Assembly (NCBI GenBank): GCA_949358305.1
Contig: OX442314.1
Location: forward strand, 15,686,001 to 15,750,000
Direction: 5' to 3'
Length of the DNA: 64,000 nucleotides
From: Strigamia acuminata
Lineage: Eukaryota
Part shown: piece by piece, positions 24,374 to 37,093 of the stretch
How the letters are laid out: every line of letters begins with the position of its first letter
How positions within the stretch are numbered: position 1 is the first letter of the stretch
Translations under genes and position numbers: made by a program
The notes under the pieces: model-generated
The model's database searches: none
The model's input: the letters and a program-made list of their open reading frames with translations, nothing else
What the model was told of the DNA's origin: nothing

Positions 24374-25808
24374 TAATAAAAAAACAATTTTTGACTGGTG
24401 TACTGTAAAGCATCACATTATGTGTACATTTGCCCAACTGAAAGCACTACCGTACCGAATGCAGGCACATTTAATATTGAACAATATATCAGCTTTTAAT
24501 AACAAATAATATTTTTTTGTTTTCAAATTTTAGTCAAATTCTTCCACCAAAGCTCCAAATTCAACTGCACTTTTGCGGAATAAGGGCGGCTTTGCGGTGT
24601 GCCTTTGGGGTGAAAACCTATTACTTTTCTTGCCGTTTTTTCCAAAGGTTTTTTTGAGCTCAGAGACAATGAAAGACGATCAAACGCACAAAGACAAAAG
24701 AAAAAAAAACATACATAAAAAGAAACACACAAAACTCGATCCTTTACGCCAATGAAAAGCAATTGCTTTGCTCTTCTGTTATGCTTAAAGAAACGCATTA
24801 AAAGCCTTTGAGTTCATTTATCCACAACAAATAATTATAATACAATGTATTTGCCTTTAAAAAGAAAGGATTTAAAAATTTCCTACCTAACTGACATATT
24901 TTCCAAAAATCAATATATTTTCACTGGATTCAAGTTTTCGTCTTTTGCAGCTTATCATTAAAAATCTGCTTATCATGAATAATAAAAAATCAAAAGGAAT
25001 GAGTTTATTTTATGTTTTCTCCTTTCTTCTTCAGTTTCAAGCAAAGAAATTCGTTTTATTTTTTTTAAAGTTTTTTCTTTCAGTTTAGCAAGAATTATGT
25101 GCTGCAGTTTTTTTCGATAACGAATTTTACAATTTTCTACATTACCGTCCCGTCTCCAAAATTGTGAAGTTTATATATTGAATCGAATGTAATTTAAAAA
25201 ATAGTCGTTCATCTCTTTTCTCGTAAGAAATTGCAAACTTTTTTCGTTCAGTACCAACACTTTTTTATGACTACAAAACATGTGTTCATGAGTGCTTATT
25301 TCCATCATATTTCAAAATTTTATTAGGCAGTACTGTACGCATGCAGCTCAACAGCAAAAGGTGTATCTGCTTTTATTTGTTTTCCTATCTCTCAGACGGC
25401 ATACAGTCATACAGACCTTCAAACCCAACGTAGTCACCTTTTACACTATAAAACAAATTTAACTACTTTACATTTAACTTTTACATATTTCTGCCACATT
25501 TTTATCCGATTTGTAATTCCTCAACATATAATTTTACTAATAAAGCTAATAGTTGGCTTCTAATTACGAAAATGCAAAAAAAATACCTCAAAGCAAAATT
25601 TTAGCGAAGCTAATTTTGTTTGTTAGTGGCTCCAACTCTGCCAATAAACGATATTCACGATTCACCAATAAAATTAATAGCAATGTGCTAAACAAACCGA
25701 TTGTGTTAAAAAGATTAGAACAGAATTGTCCAATCAGTTTTAATTACCCCATTTGAAATCTTAAATGTCAACTTAACTAAAAATATTTTTTTTTTCATAT
25801 TCACTCAC

Positions 25809-25860
25809 AAAAATGCCTCCACATGTGCTGTAAATGAGACTGAACACAGAGCAGCTGAGC
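25809..25860 (-). other. Putative spliced exon (possible alternative first coding exon, MWRHF + phase 1), preceded by a 71-nt intron 25861-25931
   Basis: CAG|GTAAGG donor at 25932, TTCTTTTTCAG acceptor, ATG TGG AGG CAT TTT T|GTGAGT donor. Confidence 0.45.
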
Positions 25861-28179
25861 CTGAAAAAGAATAAAAAATAATTATACAAAAAATAAGTAA
25901 ATATAATTACTTTTCCTTCATAATTCCTTACCTGGGTGCGTTTACAGTAACAATTTTATGAAGTAATTTTCTTTACTTATTTTAAATATAATTCATTTCA
26001 ATTCTTTTCCAAGCTCTGCTGTTCTGCTGTCAGTCTCACGTGTCTCGTATTGTATTCGTGTGTTGTTCTCCCATTCTCTAGGCCCATTTCGAGCACAAGT
26101 AGAAAAAATGTTAATATAACTTTATTTTAATACTAGAAGCGCCGCAGGTTTCAAGGCAAAACCAAAATAACTAAAATTAAATTACTACTTAATACACATT
26201 TTAAAATATTTTTAAAAACAAATTACAAATAAAATAGAAATATTCCATCGCTATTTACTAATTACTCATTTCCCTTACGATCAATTTCCGTTTCATTTCC
26301 AATTCTCCTTGAAGCAAAACAACCACATTTGCCCCTTTTTCTTCCATCGAAATCCTCTTCACTTTCCTCACCTTACTCGTAAAACGACCTCCACCTGAAC
26401 CGCCTACTTTATTACGTGCAGTTACAGATTTTTAGCACCTGTTATTAAACGACTTAATGTCTAATCGTACCAGCCATTAAAAACGTTTCCAGCGGGTACA
26501 CGTTCGATTTCTATCAACTATATTGTCAGTGCACCTTCAAACTTTTTATTTCTTTATTTCTTATTTCTAAAATAAAAATTAAAAACAATAAAAAAAAAAA
26601 TGCTGTGAGAATTTAACCAAAACCTCATATGAATAAATTTCAGTGTAATGGCAATTTCAAATCTAATTTTAAAAAAATTATTTTAAAACATCAGAATGCA
26701 TTAAGATAATGGAACCTACTTCTAAGAATTGCAGGTTTTATTGACCGATTAATCAGCGAATTATATTCCACTAAGCGAATAAATAATTAAAACATATAAA
26801 AAATAAAAGTTAAATCCCATTTATCTCAAATTTCTAAAAAAAAAAAATTTGAAAACTTTTATATAAAAAAAATTGTTTTAACGTCTCCTATTTCGGTCCT
26901 TCCCTGCATTAGCTATTCTCATTGCAGAGAAGCCATCGGCTAATCTACAAAGTAGCCTAAAACCACGAGAAATTGAACCGCCTCACTTGGATGCCTATGA
27001 AAAGCTCATTCCCCATGATAAACGATTTCTTCATCAATCAACTATACCTCCAACGATGTCACACCTTAAGAAAACGGATAAGACGATACTTTTTCTTCAT
27101 TTTCACTTTTTTCTTTCTCTTTTACATTTTTTTTCTTAATCTCTCCTCCATTTCCTGGTTAAAAAGCGTGATTGGAAACAAGAAACCCATTTACTTTTCA
27201 ATTTAAAAAACAAAAAAAACCTCTCATTAAACTATCATTTTACAAAATAAATAAAAAATTAAGCAGTTTAGTCTGACAGATTAGAGAAAGAAACCCCTAG
27301 TAAAGCTGATGTTGGTCAAAATTGTACAAAATCCCAATTGCTTGCTATTTTTCCCCCAAAACTACCCAACTTTAAACTTCATAATGTTCAACATCAAAGT
27401 TGAAAATGTTGAAAGTGAAACTGTTTTTTGGATCTTTTCGCATCCTATGTGTTTACAACTTTTAACTGGAAATGGAGCAGAAGGAATAGATGACCTGTAA
27501 GGAACGGCGGTCTTTTAATGATGAATGATAGGAAAAGATTAAAGGAAAGAAGAAAAATCAAGAAGCCATTATGTATTTTTTTCCTTTTTTTAATTTTCTA
27601 TTGCCAACATCGCATATCTAGTTTTTCTGTTTATTCTCAAGAGACAAACTTGCAGCACTCACATAAATATTTGTCATTATCAAAATTATTTATATTACAA
27701 TGAATGTCCCTTATCTTGTTACACCGATGCAATAAAACATTCCAGTTTAAAAAAAAATTTTAAAAAATTCCAAAAGAAAGAAGAAGCAATATTAAAGCAA
27801 AGTGGAATGTAAACTACCTCACAACCATTAATAATAAATTTGTATAAACAAATTAGAGATTTACTCAAGAGAGGAAAAAAACCTTTTAATGTGTTCAAAG
27901 ATCTGAAAATTTAAATAAATAAATAAAACACTCCGTAAGTTGCTTCAATTTCAGGAACGGAAGCAAGAAATTCGATCGCTATTCAAATCCCCCAGAAATT
28001 CGAAAATAAATAGGTGTTGAAAAAGTGTAGTGATGTTAAGTTTAAACTCAAAAATAAAACAAATTTTTTTTTAAATAATAAACTCAAAAAGAAAACAAAA
28101 ATTGCTTGCAAACTAATTTAATTTAATTAGATAATAAAAAGTGTTTTAAAAAAGAAAAAGAAGAAATAAATTTAATTAC

Positions 28180-28368
28180 CTCTTACAGCAGCTACGCAGC
28201 CAACATAACACAAAATTATCCACGATGTCATTCTTGTGTCCATTGCAGGTGTCAGCGTTAACGATATGGCAACGACGCGTCCCAGATGGCGTCTCCCGCC
28301 CAACTGTTCGTGCTGGCTGAGCACGCGGCAGGGAATCTTGCTTATCATGTGACCACAATTTGTTGCTC
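28180..28368 (-). CDS. Putative exon ending in a signal-peptide-like sequence (MDTRMTSWIILCYVGCVAAVRG, phase-1 intron); first coding exon of a large-intron secreted or cell-surface protein gene
   Basis: TTTTCTACCCAATAG acceptor, AGAG|GTAATT donor, GC-rich island in AT-rich DNA, hydrophobic core followed by small residues. Confidence 0.5.
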
Positions 28369-28791
28369 CTATTGGGTAGAAAAAAATCAATGAAGGGGTT
28401 GTTCTCAAATCGCATCAACCTGACATCATAACTAAGTAGCAGTAACCATTATAGATCAAACTGTTTTGACTGTCTAAATGACCAGCCATATAATGTAAAT
28501 AAATCATTAGTTAAAGCCATCAATTGAGTCAACAAACCTTATAAACCGAACGTATGTAAACACATTTTTTCGATAAAGCTTGTTTTTAATGTCTTTCTGC
28601 ACTGCGCACAGCCATTATCGAGATAATAAATATTTATTTATATTGTTGCTAATGATTAAAATGTTTGACAAACTTTCTTGCACGCGAGTGCCAACAGGAC
28701 TAATCATTTGATTATTGTAGAAACAATTTAAGTGGTGGGCTGGCTGCGTTGATGAACTATATTCAATTTTGGTAAAAACGTGTTCCAAAGG

Positions 28792-29034
28792 CAGGCCTGG
28801 GCTTGCAGTGTTGGAGGCCCCGGGGCAGACATGTGGAGGCTCCCTGCTAAAAAAAATTGAATTGTCAAATGAAGAAATAAAGGGGAAAAAATAGGAAAAT
28901 TCAGAAAATCTGAATTCAATCTTCATTTCATTCATTTAAAATTGTAACTGATATTGATTGGTTTCGGCGAAGGCCCCTACTTGACGGGGGCCCACGGGCA
29001 GTGGTCCCGTTTGCCCTCCCTTAAATCCTGCACT
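28792..29034. mobile_element. Degenerate hAT-like MITE
   Basis: CAGGCCTGG... left end, ...TAAATCCTGCACT right end, GGCCCC/GGGGCC subterminal motifs; imperfect 8-bp TSD TCCAAAGG/ACCAGAGG. Confidence 0.5.
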
Positions 29035-30275
29035 ACCAGAGGTACCTTTTACAAATTCTTCAAACTAATTTTCCCTAAAAAAATGAACTACTTTTCACAT
29101 TTGTAATGCGTTTCTTAAATTTACACTTTTTGAAAATAAGACCAACTTCACCAGAGTTTGGATTTCTTTCATTTGTTATTGGTATTTTTGTTGACGATGA
29201 CGACATAAATTGCAGCTAATCAGAATCGAGCAATTGTGACTGCAACATGAGCTGTAAATGTCATGAAAAATTGTTTCAATTAATTTTCTGGCCTAAGTAA
29301 GGCCAAAATTAACGAGAATTTTAAAACCGTCTTGTAATAAATGGCAAAATTGTTTTAGTCAAATAAAAGAGTAGACGCATTCAAACTAGTTTATATTGTT
29401 TAAACCAGTCTAAATTTAAAAATTTTAGTTCTATGTTGTAAAACGTGCAGTGTTAGACCAGAATGATCCTTTACCATTTACCAGTATGAAAAACAAGCTT
29501 AGCAAACCTGAAAATAGATTAGATATATATATTTTTTTATTATTATTTCCCTCTCTTTTAAGAAATTAAACCTCGAATCCACCACTTTGAAGATTAACTT
29601 TCACAATGCTAGTTCAGTTCCTGAAAGACTAAAAAGAAAAGGAACCTATGTGACGCTCAAAATCCAACCATTAATCACCATATAAGACACTCAAATCCCC
29701 ACTCGCTCTAACAGGGTCCAAAAATATAAGAGTAAAACTCATTCTCAATTTAACTAACGAATGAAATTTAAAAGTTAAAGCGGCAATGACTTCAGCAACT
29801 GTAGTCGGAGCGCACAATTCAAAATTACATATTAATTGTATTTTTCCTTCAAATATTCATGCAAAAGTCAATCAAATGTGTAATAATGACCAATTAATGT
29901 TTAAAATCTATCAAATAGTCACTTAAAAAGTAAGACAAAACAAAATAAAATAAAAAATTGAAAACTCTTCTATAATAATATTAAAGAAACGTAGAAAAAC
30001 TGAAGTTATTTGCAGTCGTGTTGAAGAATTAAGTAAATTACAATTGTCACTTCATTGGTTTAATGCACCGTACCAGTCCCCAAGACAGATACGACATGAT
30101 TAGTCAATTTTATTACAAAAGAAGCCGCTCGCTCAAATTCCAGTTTCAATCAAGTGGTCCAATCCTAATCAAATTCCATATCCCATTCTGTAATCTCTTC
30201 TATGGCTTCTGACATAAAAAGTTGTGCAACTCCCATCTTTACCTGAATTGACATCAAAAACTGTTTTAATTTCAA

Positions 30276-30306
<31 letters not shown>

Positions 30307-33300
30307 CTCTAAAGATATATAAATATACATATATTCACATACTACATGCCGTTTTTTCTTCCTTCTTTTGCCCACAACCAACAAAATTGTGTTTACCACA
30401 GCTTTTTTATTCTCAATTTTTTAAAAATTGTATTCTTTTTTATTTTGAAGAGTTCCGAGTCTCAAATAAGAAATATTTTTTTCATATTATTTGCTATGTT
30501 TTTTTATTCTTTTAATAATAAGATTTTTCAGTCTACATAAGCTTAGATTAAAAAAGTCAAAGCTCACAATTAAATATTTAAAATAAACTAAAAAGGAAAT
30601 TATTTAGAAAAAGAAAAATACACGCTTAAAATTTGCTAGGATTGCTAAGAAGCCAACCAAACTTGTATCATAAATCCACACAAAACAATCAAAATAAACT
30701 AAAAATTCCTTAGATTTTTACCACAATAAATTTTTTTTATCAATTCATAGTTTATTAAAACCGTACTATTTGATAAATTAGCAACACTTTTCTACCTCAA
30801 TTTCTTCAATCCCATCTGTTACCTCAAAAAACGTCTTTAAACTCTAATTGTTTTTTAATTAGAATTATTGGAGTGTGCCTATCATTTCTATTAATCACTG
30901 CTTTTTAAATCACTAACAGAATCACTCCAACTCTCTTACGGATGGTAAAATTATCCAAACAAAATTCGATGGTTAATTTAACAAGATTAAACGTCAAATT
31001 TGACGTAACAAAACTTAACTAATTTTCGTTACTACTCGATGGTCGACATCTCAACAAAATGGATATAGATACAACAAAAAAAGGGTCAACATCCGAACAG
31101 CAAATGCAAATGAAGCCACCAGAGGCCATTGGTCAAAAAATACAAAACTTAAACTAAACAATTTTACTTAACACAATTAAAATATATAATAATATAATTA
31201 AATCGAATTGAGATTTTTACTAGATTGCAACTAGCACATGGATTAATGTCCATGTGCCAACATCTTCCTGGACATCAATTGAAAACTTCCATCTGCCGTG
31301 TTCTTAATAAAGCAACGAAAAAATGTAACTTCAAAAGTGTTTGATGGATTGGAATTAATCCAAAATCCATGTCAAAAAATATACACTAAAGGATTGATTG
31401 CAATCACTTGGCATTTAGATTATCGCCCCTTTCCAACGTAATCGAATTTGTATCCTATTTATCATTAATTCTCGAGTCACTGTTTTGCAATTTTAATCTC
31501 GTCTTCAGAAAACATCATTAATCTATGCAATTGCCGTTTCTCTCAAAACTACTTTTAAATTATTTTTTAAAAAATAAAAGAAAGCAGATTCGTTCTCGTC
31601 AATTTATCTTGATTTAACACCACCACAGCTACTCGCCTTGGCACTTGCGCATAATCAACAACGTGACAACTTGAAGTCTTGAATAGCAACCTAATTTGAC
31701 AGTCATAAGATGCGCTCGGCTTTGATAATTCAAATCTCAGAAAAATAAAAATAGAAAATACATTACTGCAAGCAAATGATGTACAAAAAGGACTCAACCT
31801 CTCTTTCCACACCTAACATACCAGCTCAATAAAGTTTCGGGTGTGTTTGTTTTACATCTGTCATGTCATGCCATTCCGGTAGTTTGCGCTTCCCGTCTTA
31901 AAACACAAACAATAGGCCCATGTTATTACACAGAATTTTAAGGCAGGCGCTTAGGAAGAAGTACCGAATCATAAAATCGCAAGTGTAAGATTTAGGGGTT
32001 TTGTCTGGGCCGTTAATATTGCCGACATTTTTAAAGATATGGTCTAAATTACTTAGAACTCAAAAAAGAACTTCAAATACAAAAAGGAGCTTTACAACAA
32101 AAATATAAAAAAAAAAACACTTAAAACAGTTCCCCAGTGGTCTTGAAAAAGATCTTTGAAAAAGCTCGAGTCGGATTAGCTAGTAGTTATTGGAAACAAA
32201 AGAACGGAAGAGGAATAAATGTTGAAACGAACGTGCAACTTGGTTACGTTTAAATCCTACTCTATCCTTAAATCAGGAACCACTTGGACAATTTAATGGT
32301 GATGGCCACTAACACCGGGTCAAAAGAATAACATGAAAAAACACTAGGCTCTCGTTTCACGGATCATAAAGGTAGCCTTTCTAATACAACATGCTGATCA
32401 AGATTTTTTTGTTAAAGCTTTTACGAAATGTAATAAAAGTAACAAAATCTCCAAATAAAATATAATTTTGGCTCTTAAGTTTCAACTACCGTAGCTTCTT
32501 CTTGCATTCCATCAAACTACCTTCCTGGAGCTGTGGAATTATGTCCGTTCTACTAACAGAATACAAATTACAAAGGATGTTTACGAATTATGGAAAGATT
32601 ACCGTACCGATAAATTAGATTAAATTTAAAAATTTAAAATATAAAATGTAAAATATAAAGATATGAAACTTTACATCTCCGACTAAATTGATAATAAGTT
32701 TCCAGATAACCACTTTAATTTATATCAAATGAAATCTGCGTTTCTAAAAACCGTGTCAATCTATTCTCATGTTAAAACAAACATACACACCACCGGTGAA
32801 AGTTCGTGCAATTACAAAATTACACAATTAAAAATCCTTAAAAGCTTTTAAAGCTAAATCAACTGCGTGTGTTTATTTTTTATTTCTAAAAATTAATCTA
32901 TTCTATAAAAAAACAAAAAAACAAAAAAACAATTGTCATACCGGTAATCATAAAATATAAATTCTCTACAATTAATATTTCAGGTCGGAAATAATTGAAA
33001 CTTTAATTCCATTTTCTTACAAAGTTAGAATGCCAGTACCGTAGTTAATTTTGAAACTTGAACGTGATGAGCTACTCTTGGATGCTTAATTAATGGTACG
33101 TGCATTAAAATTAAAAAGCAATCTTCCCCCACTTATACAAGAAATCGAGCGCTATCGTTAAAATTTTTTTTCCGTTAAAACAAACCAACAACAATTACAG
33201 CTACCTTAAATAGATACTTAACATTTGCAGAGAAAAAAATAACAAATCGTAATAAATCCCAAGACCTAATGCCATTTTCCATGTGTTAATTTTATCTGTC

Positions 33301-36300
33301 CATTGTGCCCCCCCAAGCCCATCAAAAGACTACTTCTTTAACCCTATTTTTTTTAAACATGTATCAGTATGCAGCTGCCATTTCCTGCTTCACCGTTCAG
33401 AACAACCTTACGAGATTCTATTATCGTACAATGTCACTTCTAAGTGGAGCACAAGACACCACTAGAATTTTTTATACAACTTTTTCCTTGTTTTTACCCG
33501 CTACCCTGATAATGGCTGTAAAAAAAGTGTGCGTATTCATTATACAATAAATCTGGACTCAGTCGCAGCAACCAACACAAATCTGACTACACTACTCCTT
33601 TTCTCATGAATCCAAGATCAAAAGGAAACTTTCCAAACTTCATCATCATCCTTGCAAACAAGGTGCTGAATCTTACGTGCTTTGCCTTCGAACATGTCTA
33701 CTTACCTTTTATTCAACCAAATTCGATAAGCCTTCAAGCGCACTGCAAGGATTCCTGCAAGGATTCCGAACTTTGTCAAGTTTTAAACCATTCGCGTCTG
33801 GCTTTATCTCATTAATATTCCATTTTTATTTATTAATATTTATTGTGCAATTTTACATATTGATGTCGAAAAAAGAAACACTCGCACGGCCCTAAATCCA
33901 ATAACATTAACGAAGCTAATGTTCTTGTGTTACAGTGACAGCCCACAGGAGAAATTACCTTGTTTGTAAAAGATTACAATAAAAGTGTAACGGGGAAAAG
34001 AAAAACAAAAGCTGAAATTCCCAAATCCCTAGCCTCATTCGCTGCATAATACCCACAGGGACTATGTGCATATTTTATCCAACTGTACACAAAAGCACAA
34101 AGCCCAGAAACTTAATCATTAAAATTTCATACAACAAAAAACAAATTCGCAGTCGCAAAATAAAAATTGAAATGCTGTAATTAGCAATAGAATCTCACAA
34201 AGTACGGTATTAAATTAGCTTTACACCCGTAAACACTTCAATAAACTATTCAAGTATAATGACATTCAATCTCCTCGATTGCGCACTAAGAGAAAATTGG
34301 GAAAAGTGCCGACGTTTCACACTAGTGAAACCCCACTGATAGCCCAGTGAGAAAGACCAATGTGTATCCAACACGATTATGTCAAAAATGCCACTTAATT
34401 AAGCCAGTGTTGGCTTTAAAATAGTATGAAGCGGTAGCAACTCAACTCTAATCGAGATTTTAAGCATTTGCTTTATCAATTAACGCCTTTGTATGTGTAT
34501 GCACCGCCAACAACAAGTGTCAAACACAGGAAAAACCGATTGGGCCAATGTCCTCAACACAACACAGGTTTGCACTATGTTCGTGCGAATTCTGAAACGA
34601 GTGTAGCTCTTTCCCTAATTCCCCTATTTTCATTTCAATTATAAAACAATTTTCCACTGTTAAATTAATGGATATTTTTCATGTTGCAGTTCCTTCCAAC
34701 CAATTTATTTTGTATACGAACCGTAGGTGAATGAGATTTTAATTTCATTTGTTTGTCGCCTTTTTTCTCATTTTAATTTCAATCCACGAAATATAATTCC
34801 AGCAAATATCATTATACATTTTCTGCCTCTGCCGTCTTATTTATAAGCTAGCAGCGCGCCATTACATTCTGTTTTGATGTAATACCATTTATAAAATAAA
34901 TTTCTTTGCCCTCAAGTAACGAAAAGCACTCACCTAAACAAAGTTTCAAATAAAGAAGAGAAGACAATTGTTGAAATGTCAGGCGCAGCTATTCAATTCC
35001 AATTCACCGGATCCAGGTTCCCCCAAGAGAGATTTAAAGAAATCATACCTTCTGACAAAACCCAATTGTAACATAATAAAACTGTTCATTTCAGCTCACC
35101 GATGTAGAAAAATAAACCTTCCAGTAATCAGTCAATTAATTAACGCGAGTTAAACTTTCACTGCCTTCGATTGCACATTAAAACACACATTTGTCATTGC
35201 CAATCCTAATTTATTGAAAATGCAAATAACTCTAATCTTTAATTAATTCCTGATTTAATCATCAACTATCGATCAGAAACAAATTTATGTGTTTACCCAT
35301 TCACAACTCGCCACAATTTTATAACGTTTTCACATTGCATGGAACATTACCTCGTTCTAATGCATTCAGCACGATTTAATCAAAAAATGTAGAACTTTCC
35401 TTTCGTCAAACATAGACAACAAACTTATCTCGACCTCGATGAGGAGTTCAGTTACCAACCTGGAGTCAAGAAATGTACCTTTTATTCGGCGTATGCAGAT
35501 AAATGTTCGATAGATTCGTGATCATCCATCAATCCATCGAGTCAGTCATGCAATACCATTTACTAATTGAAAATCTGCATTGCCATCTGATGTTTAAGGG
35601 TGAATGCTCGTTCCAGATAAGTCATCATTCTTTTTTTGTCCTGTAAATAATTTAAATTAGATTTTTTAAGTAAAATAGAAAAATTTCCTACAAACATATT
35701 ATTTGAAATAAAAATAAATAAAAAATTCAAAATTCGAATACCGTATAATTTTCTAAAAAACACAGTTACATCGCTCTACGTTCATGATTTACAAATTTAT
35801 TAGTTGGATGCAATTTATCGGCTAGGCTCGCGAGTTTGTTACGGTGTATAATGATAAAGAATGCCACATACATTAGTGCAAATTCAAAAGCTGCATTACA
35901 GATAAATTAGTCTCAGAACACTGCAAGTTTGTCCAATAAATCATGCGGGAGTATACGTTTTCTAGATTCTAACTTCATTTGAATTTATTCAGACGTAATC
36001 AAATTCAAAAAAATGTTAAACCTACTGCACCGTATCGCTTCGATTTCCCCGCGCGGCGGCAATTTTTTTTTCAACGGCAATCCAACTTTAACGGCGGTCC
36101 TAAATAATCTTGACAATTCTTTTCCGTAAATTTATGCAAATACAGTGCTATTGATTTGGCCCGCAGCCCGTATTCAAGGGCGCCTCTAATTTTTTCTTCC
36201 GACCATCGACTGTGTTGTCAAATCAAAGAGTGATAGAAATTCGAGAAAAAAATCAGAAAAATTACGAATTACCGAAAGCGCATTCGAAAAACCACTTTAA

Positions 36301-36394
36301 ACTAAAGTTTAAACACATTAAAACTTCTTTATTGAGGATTGTTTACCGATTTAGTCTGCTTTGTCGCTGTGCACAACATATACATAAAAAACAT

Positions 36395-37007
36395 TGTGGT
36401 GACCACGAGGTCACAAAAGTGTTTTAATAATTTATAATTCAATAAATAATGATTTTAGTATTCATAATAAAATATTGTCAGATCATTACGGGAAAACTAG
36501 CTATACTAGTTTTACCGTTTCTGCGGGACAGACGTGACAACGTCATGAATTTGCATAATTCTCCGAATTTAGGCAAATACGTCATTTCCGGTCCAGCCAG
36601 TATTTAAACCCGTGTCTGACCGGAAACCCCCCACTTTATAGATACCAGAGCAACATTAGCATCACCACCTCACCTTTCAGGCCGAACACCACGGATTGAT
36701 AGAGGATCGATGCCCGTTGCCAAATTCATCTATAAACCACAGTCACAGATATTTATCGTAGCAATACTACGATAGTAATATCTACCGAAGCGAAGCGTTT
36801 GCGAACACGTGTTTCGCCAGACGCCATTACCCTAGACAACAGAAGCCACGTGTAAGACTGCCGTGCAGCAACAAATCGTATCCGCCGACAAGGATCCGAG
36901 ACCACAACATTGTTAAGTATATTTGTATTATATTACAAGTGTGAAATAAAAGGTTATTATTGTAAGATATTGTGTTAAGTTTATTTACCGGAACCAAGGT
37001 TACGACA
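36395..37007 (+). repeat. 5' LTR (613 bp)
   Basis: TG...CA termini; TATA-like TATTTAAA at 36601-36608; AATAAA at 36945-36950; direct repeat of 47177-47789. Confidence 0.98.
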
Positions 37008-37009
37008 CG

Positions 37010-37027
37010 TGGGGGCCCGTCCGGGAT
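37010..37027 (+). promoter_or_regulatory. Primer-binding site complementary to the tRNA-Pro 3' end
   Basis: TGGGGGCCCGTCCGGGAT, 17/18 to TGGGGGCTCGTCCGGGAT (the MLV-type tRNA-Pro PBS), 2 nt after the LTR. Confidence 0.93.
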
Positions 37028-37093
37028 AGTTTTGAACATTCAAACTATTTTAAATAAACATATCTTACGGTTTGAACTTTGCAAACTATCGAA

